A stretch of DNA of 64,000 nt from Escherichia coli (GTDB lineage Bacteria; Pseudomonadota; Gammaproteobacteria; Enterobacterales; Enterobacteriaceae): the NCBI RefSeq assembly GCF_041886205.1, contig NZ_CP169029.1. One strand, given 5' to 3'. Below are positions 1 through 8,012 of the stretch, in pieces. How positions within the stretch are numbered: position 1 is the first letter of the stretch; each line of letters opens with the position of its first letter. Made by a program: the position numbers and the translations under genes. Below the pieces are notes generated by a model. The model did not search any database. It was not told the origin of the DNA and saw only the letters and a program-made list of their open reading frames with translations.

Positions 1-670
1 ACTCGCCAAGGATTTCTACGTTTAATCCCTGGGAGTTAAACCAGTTAAGCAATTTGCGCCCTAACATTGAACGTCGCCCAGGAATCAAAAGCCGCCGTTC
101 TTCCAGACAAGCCGGGAACGGTTTTTCCGGTGGTGGATTTGTACACCAGAAACTCACGCCACATTCGCCAATTCTCACGGAGAACAGGCCTTCCTGCTGC
201 GTAGAATCTATCGGACAGTCGGAAATGATCATATCCAGTTTATGCTGGCTTAATTGCTCCAGCAGCATTTCGTGGGTGGATTCGAAGCAGCGAAGATGAA
301 TCGGCTCGCCTTCTACTACTGCAGCATTCAGCACGCTACTGACCAGACGTTTGGAAAGTGCATCAGCCACGCCAACGTCAAACAATAAATTGGATTCTTT
401 GCGATAGTTCACGATATCCAGCATTTCCTGGCTTAAGGTGAACATTTTATCGGCATAGCGATAGACCAGCTCTCCCAGCTCGCTGGGTTCGAGACCACGT
501 CCCTTGCGCTTAAATAATTTGCCTTGCAGGCGCTCTTCCAGAGCCCGGATCTGTCCGGTAATGGTTTGTGGTGTCAAATAAAGCGCCTCCGCTGCGCCAA
601 CCACGGAACCTTCTTTATAAACATGCCAGAAGTAATACAAGTGGTTGTAATTGATATGAGACATGCTCAT
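1..670 (-). CDS. nhaR: NhaR, LysR-family activator of nhaA (3' end cut by window edge)
   Basis: Minus-strand ATG at 670 reads [49 protein letters not shown]... and runs off the window start; lies 59 bp downstream of nhaA. Confidence 0.9.
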   Translation of the reverse strand, partial: MSMSHINYNHLYYFWHVYKEGSVVGAAEALYLTPQTITGQIRALEERLQGKLFKRKGRGLEPSELGELVYRYADKMFTLSQEMLDIVNYRKESNLLFDVGVADALSKRLVSSVLNAAVVEGEPIHLRCFESTHEMLLEQLSQHKLDMIISDCPIDSTQQEGLFSVRIGECGVSFWCTNPPPEKPFPACLEERRLLIPGRRSMLGRKLLNWFNSQGLNVEILGE

Positions 671-729
671 TTCTCTCCCTGATAACAATGAAAAGGGAGC
701 CGTTTATGGCTCCCCGGTAAACCGTCCTG

Positions 730-1896
730 TCACACTGATGGACGCAAACGAACGCGTAACCAGCTGTATCCAATTACCGCCGAAGAGATAGAACCGACCA
801 GGATACCGAGTTTCGCCCAGTTAATCAGTTCTGGATCTACGCTACCAAAGGCCAGGCTGGCAATAAAGATAGACATAGTAAAACCGATACCGCACAGGAT
901 CCCCACCGCCATAATTTGCTGATAAGTCGTTCCCTCAGGCAGATGCGCCAGTTTCAAACGCAGCGCCAACCAGCAGAACAGACTAATCCCCAGCGGTTTG
1001 CCAATCAGCAAACCAGCGATGATCCCCAATGGCAGAATGGAGGTCAAGCCATCCAGCGTGACACCTTGCAGTGAAACGCCAGCATTAGCAAATGCAAACA
1101 GTGGCAAAATCAAATATGCCACCCACGGGTGCAACACATGCTCCAGTCGCTTCGCTGGAGAACGCCCATGCTTCTCTTTCAAAGGAATAAAGAAGCCGAC
1201 AATTACCCCAGCCAGGGTTGCGTGAACCCCCGATTTCAACACTGCAGTCCACAACACCACGCCAACCAGAATATAGACGCCCGTGCGGCGTACACCACAC
1301 AGATTCAATACCGCGAGTACCGCAATTGCTACAGCCGCGACGCCAAGAGAGGCCATCGATAAGTCATTAGTGTAGAACAATGCGATGATAATGATGGCCC
1401 CAAGATCGTCGATAATAGCCAGAGCCATCAAAAAGATCTTCAGCGCTAACGGAACACGACTTCCCAATAGCGCCAGCACACCAAGTGCAAAAGCAATGTC
1501 AGTCGCCGCCGGGATCGCCCACCCTTCGCGGGTAATCGGATCGGCATAGTTAAAAGCCAGATAGAGTAATGCCGGCACAATCATCCCACCAATAGCGGCG
1601 ATAACTGGAAATGCGGCCTGGCGTAAGCTGGCTAGCGATCCTTGCATCAGTTCACGTTTAACTTCCAGACCGACTAACAGGAAAAATACCGCCATCAGCG
1701 CGTCATTTATCCATAACAGCATGTTTTTGTTGATTTCGAGTGAACCAACCCGGAGCTGAACCGGCGTCTCCAGAAAGTCGTGATACCATCCACTGGTTGC
1801 GCCGCTGTTGGCCATCATCATCGCCAGGATAGCGGCAATGATAAGAATAATGCCTCCCGAGGCATCACTGCTAAAGAATCGATGCAGATGTTTCAC
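730..1896 (-). CDS. nhaA: Na+/H+ antiporter NhaA
   Basis: 388-aa [44 protein letters not shown]...; initiator at 1896 is GTG on the minus strand; polytopic membrane protein. Confidence 0.96.
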   Translation of the reverse strand: MKHLHRFFSSDASGGIILIIAAILAMMMANSGATSGWYHDFLETPVQLRVGSLEINKNMLLWINDALMAVFFLLVGLEVKRELMQGSLASLRQAAFPVIAAIGGMIVPALLYLAFNYADPITREGWAIPAATDIAFALGVLALLGSRVPLALKIFLMALAIIDDLGAIIIIALFYTNDLSMASLGVAAVAIAVLAVLNLCGVRRTGVYILVGVVLWTAVLKSGVHATLAGVIVGFFIPLKEKHGRSPAKRLEHVLHPWVAYLILPLFAFANAGVSLQGVTLDGLTSILPLGIIAGLLIGKPLGISLFCWLALRLKLAHLPEGTTYQQIMAVGILCGIGFTMSIFIASLAFGSVDPELINWAKLGILVGSISSAVIGYSWLRVRLRPSV

Positions 1897-2147
1897 TTTT
1901 TATTTCTCTTTCAGGTGAATAGATCGTTTTTACTATTTTACCCCGCACGAATCATCGTTAAAATCAGATTATAGTGTAGGAATAATTCGTTTTTTACGAA
2001 CCAATGAAGGATTTGTGCCATCAGCGATGAGATGAGTTTTTGACGGCTGTAAGCGCTAACGGGTGACCCTAAGCCCTGATAATCATAGCTTAAGGTCAGG
2101 ATTTCTGAGGGATTAATTAGGAAAAGTAATAATAAAATCGCACTATG

Positions 2148-3392
2148 CTATAGCTGTTTATTCCAGAGATGCTTGAAAATATCTAATGTTGAGACAACAT
2201 TGGCAGGCGACATTCGGTTTAATGAGGGTAGAAAGGGATGAGCCTCCAGGAAGTTGATAAAACGAGTCGCGCTTGCCAACGTCGAATTCCGCATTTCATT
2301 TGCTTTCTTGTTTCCTGTAAGGTTACAAACAGCCATTGAATAATCACGGGCGGAAAATGCACGCCAGACATTATTTCTCACGCCACCACTCAAAAATAAC
2401 CGCGGCGGCGTATCATAATGAGTCGTTTTCTCGCCGCGCTCTTTCACAAAGGAAATATGGCACCGGCCTTGATGAATATGCTGCAAATTAGCCATCAGAC
2501 AACCGCCTAATATAAAGCACTCGTTATCAAGGTAGTGTTGAATATTTATAGAATATCCTTCAGTCAGTACTCTAACCAGTTCAAAATGGCGATACGCCGG
2601 AAGAACCGGTTTCACCAGCATCCCCGGATCGTTTTGATGTAATATCGCCCGACCATAATCAATATCAAATAAGGTATCACGCCGCATAGTAAGTAACTCC
2701 TTGCGTTGTACGTGATGCGCCAGTGTACCTGGAGACAAACGCTCTTCATAACTTGATGCATACTGATAATGCGACTCTACCGCTGATGGAGAATAATTTG
2801 TTGAAATAGCGACAACTCTACCGCTTTGTTCTTCTGTGGTAACAAGACTATAAAGATAGTTATTACTACCGTTAAACTTTACGCGAAAAGCACGGGTAGC
2901 TAGAGAAATATCAGAAGCAGAAGAGTACTGGCGACTTTCTTTATAGTTTACTTCCCGGGCTAGTTTTATCAATTCACGGTTAAGCCCTGTGCTATTAAGA
3001 AGTAATAATTTACGGATATCAGCAAGTGAAGCACCTTGCTCAATCATCAATGCTAACTGTGTTCTTCGCGGCGTTGTATTTACATGATCCAGAGTGATAA
3101 ATGTTCTGGAACAATGATGACAATACATTCTCCTCTGCCCTTGAGCTGAATAACCATACTTTTTCAGAGATGTGCTTCCGCAAGCTGAACATTGTGGAAC
3201 CAACCCTCGCCATGAATGATTAACACGATTACGATAAATATTAAGAGATCGTTCAGATATCACAGGAAAAAAGTAACCGCATTCCCGACATAAAATATTT
3301 TTGCCTTGTGCAATATAATCCTGGCTATTCAACAATCCCAAGTTTTTGCATCCTGGTGTTTTGCAACAATCAACATTTACGTTGGTAAACAT
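2148..3392 (-). CDS. Cys-rich hypothetical protein with N-terminal zinc-ribbon motifs (C-x2-C...C-x2-C, InsA/IS1595-like) and a possible HTH; function unknown
   Basis: ORF track 2148..3428 (426 aa); internal ATG at 3392 (MFTNVNVDCCKTPGC...) has a GGGAG Shine-Dalgarno 5 nt upstream so is the preferred start; motifs CRECG and CSACG-x20-CHHCSRTF; AT-rich codon usage. Confidence 0.6.
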   Translation of the reverse strand: MFTNVNVDCCKTPGCKNLGLLNSQDYIAQGKNILCRECGYFFPVISERSLNIYRNRVNHSWRGLVPQCSACGSTSLKKYGYSAQGQRRMYCHHCSRTFITLDHVNTTPRRTQLALMIEQGASLADIRKLLLLNSTGLNRELIKLAREVNYKESRQYSSASDISLATRAFRVKFNGSNNYLYSLVTTEEQSGRVVAISTNYSPSAVESHYQYASSYEERLSPGTLAHHVQRKELLTMRRDTLFDIDYGRAILHQNDPGMLVKPVLPAYRHFELVRVLTEGYSINIQHYLDNECFILGGCLMANLQHIHQGRCHISFVKERGEKTTHYDTPPRLFLSGGVRNNVWRAFSARDYSMAVCNLTGNKKANEMRNSTLASATRFINFLEAHPFLPSLNRMSPANVVSTLDIFKHLWNKQL

Positions 3393-3429
3393 ATTCACTC
3401 CCTGCGAATATCCGGATATTATCGTCATA

Positions 3430-3473
3430 CGTCAAAGAAAAGAACCTGATTCAATGTGTAACATTGAATCAGG
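3430..3473 (-). terminator. Probable intrinsic terminator downstream of the sulfatase gene
   Basis: Perfect 12-bp inverted repeat cctgattcaatg/cattgaatcagg (3445-3473) with 5-nt loop, followed on the minus strand by TTCTTTTCTTT. Confidence 0.5.
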
Positions 3474-3521
3474 CGGGCATAGCCCTGAAAGGCATACATT
3501 ACATTTATTATGGTTATCAGA

Positions 3522-5015
3522 TTAGCCCCAGGTTACCGCTTCCGGTTTATCACCTCTGGCTTTCATTAATGAATCATTATCAATATCGGCTTTATATTTT
3601 AAGAACTTACCATACATTTGTTTTTCAATGTCTGGATTTTTACCTATCTGATTAATAGTCTCAAAACGATCGGTTTTGAGGTTATATAGGTACTTTGGCT
3701 TATTGTTACGATCGATGATCATTTTCCAGTCACCATCACGTATCGCCCATTCGTCGGTTGGATCATCCTGGAATGGCATGTCAATTCCGAAGATTAATGG
3801 CTTTTCACGTTTTAGCGCTTTGTTCTCAAGGACAGGAACCAACGATTCGCCATCAAAAGTGCGGTCCGTCGGTAATTTGAAGTTCATCATTTTCGCCAGC
3901 GTAGGCATCCAGTCCAGACCATAAACTGGCGTATCTGAAACCATTCCCTTTGGAAGATGTTTACCGTATTTAATAATTGCCGGAACACGGATGCCGCCTT
4001 CCCAAAGATTATCCTTGCGACCACGTAATCCATCAGTTTCACCTGCCAAATTCAGTTCATAAACTTTGCGTGCTTCACGCGTTACTGGGCCGTTGTCACT
4101 GGTAAAAATTATGATGGTGTTATCTTCTTCACCCATCGCTTTAATTTTATCCAGCACTTTTCCAACCTGAGCATCCAGATAACTGATGTTGGCATAATAT
4201 TCTCCTGTACCACGCCAGGGTTTATCCGCCCAGTCGCCATAAAATAAATCAGGATGCTGCTTCTGATATTCGCTCATATATTGTGAGTACATGTCGAGGT
4301 ATTTTTTGGGCGAAGCCAGGGGACTATGTACTTCGGTAAAAGCGACATAAAGGAAGAAAGGCTTACTGTCCTTTTTGTTATCCAACCAGTTAACAACTTC
4401 CGAACTGACATACTCACCACTCATTTTATCGGAACGTGGCGTTGGTTGCCCGTTACGCAACCAACCCGTTGGATAGACCATGCCAAAACGGGGACGCTCC
4501 TTCGCATTATCCAGAGTAGCGTCGGTAACAAAACCCGCCGTATTAACCAGTGAGTAATCAAAGCCCATATCTTTTGCCTGCGGCTGATCGGTGCGATCGC
4601 CGCCTGCATTCAGATGCAGCTTACCCATCATGGCCGTGTCGTACCCTTGCGCTTTGAGTAGATTAGCAATCGTGAGTTCATTACGCCCTAATGCCACATC
4701 TTTTCCCGTTGGGATCCATGAGCGTATGCCAGTACGAAATGGCATCCGCCCTGTTAATAGTCCCGCCCGTGAAGGAGAACTTAAGGGGGCAGGTGCATAG
4801 TAGTCGGTAAATTTGACGCCTTCCCGGGCAAGCCTGTCTATATTGGGCGTTTTAACGATCTGATGTCCATATGTTGCCAAATCACCATACCCTAAATCAT
4901 CCGCCATAATGATGACTAAATTGGGTTGTTTAGTCTCGGCGGCTACGGCTGGATTAAAAGCATTCCCTGTGCAAACTGCAAGGCCGATCAAACTGGCCAT
5001 TAATGTTTTCTGCAT
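3522..5015 (-). CDS. Secreted sulfatase (arylsulfatase family), Ser-type active-site motif
   Basis: ORF track 3522..5051; ATG at 5015 with AGGA 6 nt upstream gives MQKTLMASLIGLAVCTGNAFNPAVAAE signal peptide; N-terminal DDLGYGD metal-binding motif and SSPSRAGLLTGR formylglycine signature with Ser in the modified position. Confidence 0.85.
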   Translation of the reverse strand: MQKTLMASLIGLAVCTGNAFNPAVAAETKQPNLVIIMADDLGYGDLATYGHQIVKTPNIDRLAREGVKFTDYYAPAPLSSPSRAGLLTGRMPFRTGIRSWIPTGKDVALGRNELTIANLLKAQGYDTAMMGKLHLNAGGDRTDQPQAKDMGFDYSLVNTAGFVTDATLDNAKERPRFGMVYPTGWLRNGQPTPRSDKMSGEYVSSEVVNWLDNKKDSKPFFLYVAFTEVHSPLASPKKYLDMYSQYMSEYQKQHPDLFYGDWADKPWRGTGEYYANISYLDAQVGKVLDKIKAMGEEDNTIIIFTSDNGPVTREARKVYELNLAGETDGLRGRKDNLWEGGIRVPAIIKYGKHLPKGMVSDTPVYGLDWMPTLAKMMNFKLPTDRTFDGESLVPVLENKALKREKPLIFGIDMPFQDDPTDEWAIRDGDWKMIIDRNNKPKYLYNLKTDRFETINQIGKNPDIEKQMYGKFLKYKADIDNDSLMKARGDKPEAVTWG

Positions 5016-5034
5016 AATTATTCCTTTATGAAAA

Positions 5035-5796
5035 TTAGAAATCATAACCAAGCATATAAATCATTTGATCGCCAAAACCATCGTAGCCTAACTTATTATC
5101 GAAATAACGCCACGTCACACTGGCTTTCCAGCGAGGACAGAACTTCCAGGCAACTGTTAAACCGCCATTTAGCCCATTCCGACCAAATTGTTGTTCCGCA
5201 TAGGCATCATTTCTGTCCAGTTCTATTTCATTCCAGTTAGATAAAACAAATTTTTCGTCAAATAACGTAAAAGGTAATACTGCTGTCCAACCAACAACAT
5301 AACCATTCCAGCCATTTGTTTGACCATATTTGGCTGAGACATAGTCTCCAGATTGATTATGTAATCCTATATACGGTTTAAAAAATCCCCACGAACCATT
5401 CCAGCCGAGGTAGCCCAAGCCATAAAACATATCAAGATCGTCACCCCATGAGTTATCCCATTGACCATAGATCTTGCCAAAGAAAGTCATATCGGAGTCA
5501 AAAAGTCTGACATGTGTCATAGCAGAAACGGTATGATTACGCCCCGCTACGGCATGGTTAAGCACATTGCTTTCATAAAATGAGTAAAACTCGGCTTCTT
5601 TAAAATTCACACCAAAGTCCGCAGTCACTTTCCATACTTCACCACGGTGAGTGTTAACGAAGCCACTATTCCAGTCAGCATAACCTGCATTTATTGAGCC
5701 AAAGGAACCTTTATATTCTAATGAAGAATATGCAGGAAGATGATAGATAATCGTTGTCAGGGCACACGCAATAAGAAGCCGTCTTTTGGCAGACAT
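5035..5796 (-). CDS. Tsx/OmpK-family outer-membrane channel (nucleoside-channel-like beta-barrel)
   Basis: 253-aa ORF with signal peptide MSAKRRLLIACALTTIIYHLPAYS, aromatic-rich alternating beta-strand pattern, C-terminal ...MLGYDF resembling the Tsx C-terminus; GGAGA RBS upstream of ATG at 5796. Confidence 0.75.
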   Translation of the reverse strand: MSAKRRLLIACALTTIIYHLPAYSSLEYKGSFGSINAGYADWNSGFVNTHRGEVWKVTADFGVNFKEAEFYSFYESNVLNHAVAGRNHTVSAMTHVRLFDSDMTFFGKIYGQWDNSWGDDLDMFYGLGYLGWNGSWGFFKPYIGLHNQSGDYVSAKYGQTNGWNGYVVGWTAVLPFTLFDEKFVLSNWNEIELDRNDAYAEQQFGRNGLNGGLTVAWKFCPRWKASVTWRYFDNKLGYDGFGDQMIYMLGYDF

Positions 5797-6304
5797 ATAA
5801 TATGCTCTCCATTCATTGTTTTTATGTTTCCATAGTATTCAATACATCAGATAATTCATTTTGATTAAGAACGACCCAGAAAGTATATTTAAAGGTGAAT
5901 AGCAAAGCGTGATGAAGATCGCATATTACTTTTACACCAGGGTGTGGAGGTATCGTGTTTCAAAAAGTGTGTCTATTTTAAATATCACTCATTGATTTAT
6001 AGACATTTTTTCCTTATAAAAAACACTAAATTCTGTACAAGAATATTTTGTATCTTCTATTACTTTCTCCAGTAATAACTCACCATCCAGTCATAACTTA
6101 AATCTGCTTGTTCATAATCTTAATTTTTGTAAATGAAAAGGCACATAAGAGTTAAAATAAACAATGAACTAAAGATTAATTATGCAAAAATGCGAGGCGT
6201 CTTCAGGATTAGAATCGATAAAACAGAATGGGTTAAAAAGAGCGATATAATAGCGGCGGGTGCTTGAGGCTATCTGTCTCAGGCATTAGCTGAACGGCAG
6301 ATAG

Positions 6305-6359
6305 AGAAAAGCCCCGAGTGATATTTTACTATCAACCCGAGGCCCCCTATATGCTGAAC
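6305..6359 (-). ncRNA. sokC: sokC antisense RNA of the hokC/mokC type I toxin-antitoxin locus (approximate)
   Basis: Placed by position: antisense to the mokC translation-initiation region as in hok/sok loci; not independently delimited from sequence. Confidence 0.4.
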
Positions 6360-6560
6360 ACATGTAGAGTGCCTCTTACTGACCGTAAGGTCAAGGAGAA
6401 GAGAGCAATGAAGCAGCATAAGGCGATGATTGTCGCCCTGATCGTCATCTGTATCACCGCCGTAGTGGCGGCGCTGGTAACGAGAAAAGACCTCTGTGAG
6501 GTTCACATCCGAACTGGCCAGACGGAGGTTGCTGTTTTCACGGCTTACGAATCCGAGTAA
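6351..6560 (+). CDS. mokC: MokC, overlapping regulatory reading frame of hokC
   Basis: MLNTCRVPLTDRKVKEKRAMKQHKAM... within ORF 6318..6560; shares its stop with hokC. Confidence 0.85.
   Translation: MLNTCRVPLTDRKVKEKRAMKQHKAMIVALIVICITAVVAALVTRKDLCEVHIRTGQTEVAVFTAYESE
6408..6560 (+). CDS. hokC: HokC (Gef) small membrane toxin, type I TA
   Basis: 50-aa MKQHKAMIVALIVICITAVVAALVTRKDLCEVHIRTGQTEVAVFTAYESE. Confidence 0.92.
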   Translation: MKQHKAMIVALIVICITAVVAALVTRKDLCEVHIRTGQTEVAVFTAYESE

Positions 6561-6571
6561 GAGCAACGGCG

Positions 6572-6583
6572 GGGAGTGATCCC
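6572..6583. repeat. Target-site duplication flanking IS186 (left copy)
   Basis: gggagtgatccc immediately outside the left IS end; identical 12-mer at 7921..7932; joined flanks give GGGG-N6-CCCC. Confidence 0.75.
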
Positions 6584-7920
6584 ATAAGCGCTAACTTAAG
6601 GGTTGTGGTATTACGCCTGATATGATTTAACGTGCCGATGAATTACTCTCACGATAACTGGTCAGCAATTCTGGCCCATATTGGTAAGCCCGAAGAACTG
6701 GATACTTCGGCACGTAATGCCGGGGCTCTAACCCGCCGCCGCGAAATTCGTGATGCTGCAACTCTGCTACGTCTGGGGCTGGCTTACGGCCCCGGGGGGA
6801 TGTCATTACGTGAAGTCACTGCATGGGCTCAGCTCCATGACGTTGCAACATTATCTGACGTGGCTCTCCTGAAGCGGCTGCGGAATGCCGCCGACTGGTT
6901 TGGCATACTTGCCGCACAAACACTTGCTGTACGCGCCGCAGTTACGGGTTGTACAAGCGGAAAGAGATTGCGTCTTGTCGATGGAACAGCAATCAGTGCG
7001 CCCGGGGGCGGCAGCGCTGAATGGCGACTACATATGGGATATGATCCTCATACCTGTCAGTTCACTGATTTTGAGCTAACCGACAGCAGAGACGCTGAAC
7101 GGCTGGACCGATTTGCGCAAACGGCAGACGAGATACGCATTGCTGACCGGGGATTCGGTTCGCGTCCCGAATGTATCCGCTCACTTGCTTTTGGAGAAGC
7201 TGATTATATCGTCCGGGTTCACTGGCGAGGATTGCGCTGGTTAACTGCAGAAGGAATGCGCTTTGACATGATGGGTTTTCTGCGCGGGCTGGATTGCGGT
7301 AAGAACGGTGAAACCACTGTAATGATAGGCAATTCAGGTAATAAAAAAGCCGGAGCTCCCTTTCCGGCACGTCTCATTGCCGTATCACTTCCTCCCGAAA
7401 AAGCATTAATCAGTAAAACCCGACTGCTCAGCGAGAATCGTCGAAAAGGACGAGTAGTTCAGGCGGAAACGCTGGAAGCAGCGGGCCATGTGCTATTGCT
7501 AACATCATTACCGGAAGATGAATATTCAGCAGAGCAAGTGGCTGATTGTTACCGTCTGCGATGGCAAATTGAACTGGCTTTTAAGCGGCTCAAAAGTTTG
7601 CTGCACCTGGATGCTTTGCGTGCAAAGGAACCTGAACTCGCGAAAGCGTGGATATTTGCTAATCTACTCGCCGCATTTTTAATTGACGACATAATCCAGC
7701 CATCGCTGGATTTCCCCCCCAGAAGTGCCGGATCCGAAAAGAAGAACTAACTCGTTGTGGAGAATAACAAAAATGGTCATCTGGAGCTTACAGGTGGCCA
7801 TTCGTGGGACAGTATCCCTGACAGCCTACAAAACGCAATTGAAGAACGCGAGGCATCGTCTTAACGAGGCACCGAGGCGTCGCATTCTTCAGATGGTTCA
7901 ACCCTTAAGTTAGCGCTTAT
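6584..7920 (+). mobile_element. IS186 insertion sequence (IS4 family)
   Basis: Terminal inverted repeats ataagcgctaacttaagggttg (left) / caacccttaagttagcgcttat (right); about 1337 bp; encodes InsL; ends uncertain by 1-2 bp. Confidence 0.9.
6638..7750 (+). CDS. insL: IS186 transposase InsL
   Basis: ORF 6632..7750; MNYSHDNWSAILAHIGKPEELDTSARNAGALTRRREIRDAATLLRLG... about 370 aa. Confidence 0.93.
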   Translation: MNYSHDNWSAILAHIGKPEELDTSARNAGALTRRREIRDAATLLRLGLAYGPGGMSLREVTAWAQLHDVATLSDVALLKRLRNAADWFGILAAQTLAVRAAVTGCTSGKRLRLVDGTAISAPGGGSAEWRLHMGYDPHTCQFTDFELTDSRDAERLDRFAQTADEIRIADRGFGSRPECIRSLAFGEADYIVRVHWRGLRWLTAEGMRFDMMGFLRGLDCGKNGETTVMIGNSGNKKAGAPFPARLIAVSLPPEKALISKTRLLSENRRKGRVVQAETLEAAGHVLLLTSLPEDEYSAEQVADCYRLRWQIELAFKRLKSLLHLDALRAKEPELAKAWIFANLLAAFLIDDIIQPSLDFPPRSAGSEKKN

Positions 7921-7932
7921 GGGAGTGATCCC
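7921..7932. repeat. Target-site duplication flanking IS186 (right copy)
   Basis: gggagtgatccc identical to 6572..6583. Confidence 0.75.
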
Positions 7933-7983
7933 CGCCACTTTTCAGGTGCTCGCATATCTTCAACGCACCCTAATTTTACCCAA

Positions 7984-8009
7984 GCCTGCCCACGGGCAGG
8001 CTTTTGGGG
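7984..8009. terminator. GC-rich hairpin between IS186 and dnaJ, probable terminator
   Basis: gcctgcc-cac-gggcaggc stem-loop followed by TTTT on the plus strand; just downstream of the dnaJ stop on the minus strand. Confidence 0.4.
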
Positions 8010-8012
8010 AGG

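Noticed and set aside
54-299. 81-aa plus-strand ORF at the window start
   Set aside because: Located inside and antisense to nhaR, which reads through this region on the minus strand with a clear LysR-family translation.
1911-5904. 10-bp direct repeat AGGTGAATAG near both ends of the sulfatase insert (about 1913 and about 5891) as candidate island junctions
   Set aside because: The left copy lies only about 17 nt upstream of the nhaA start codon, an implausible junction, and a repeat this short is expected by chance in 64 kb. Junctions are left undefined pending alignment.
7062-7370. 102-aa minus-strand ORF inside IS186
   Set aside because: Antisense to the insL transposase frame; no RBS or domain evidence.
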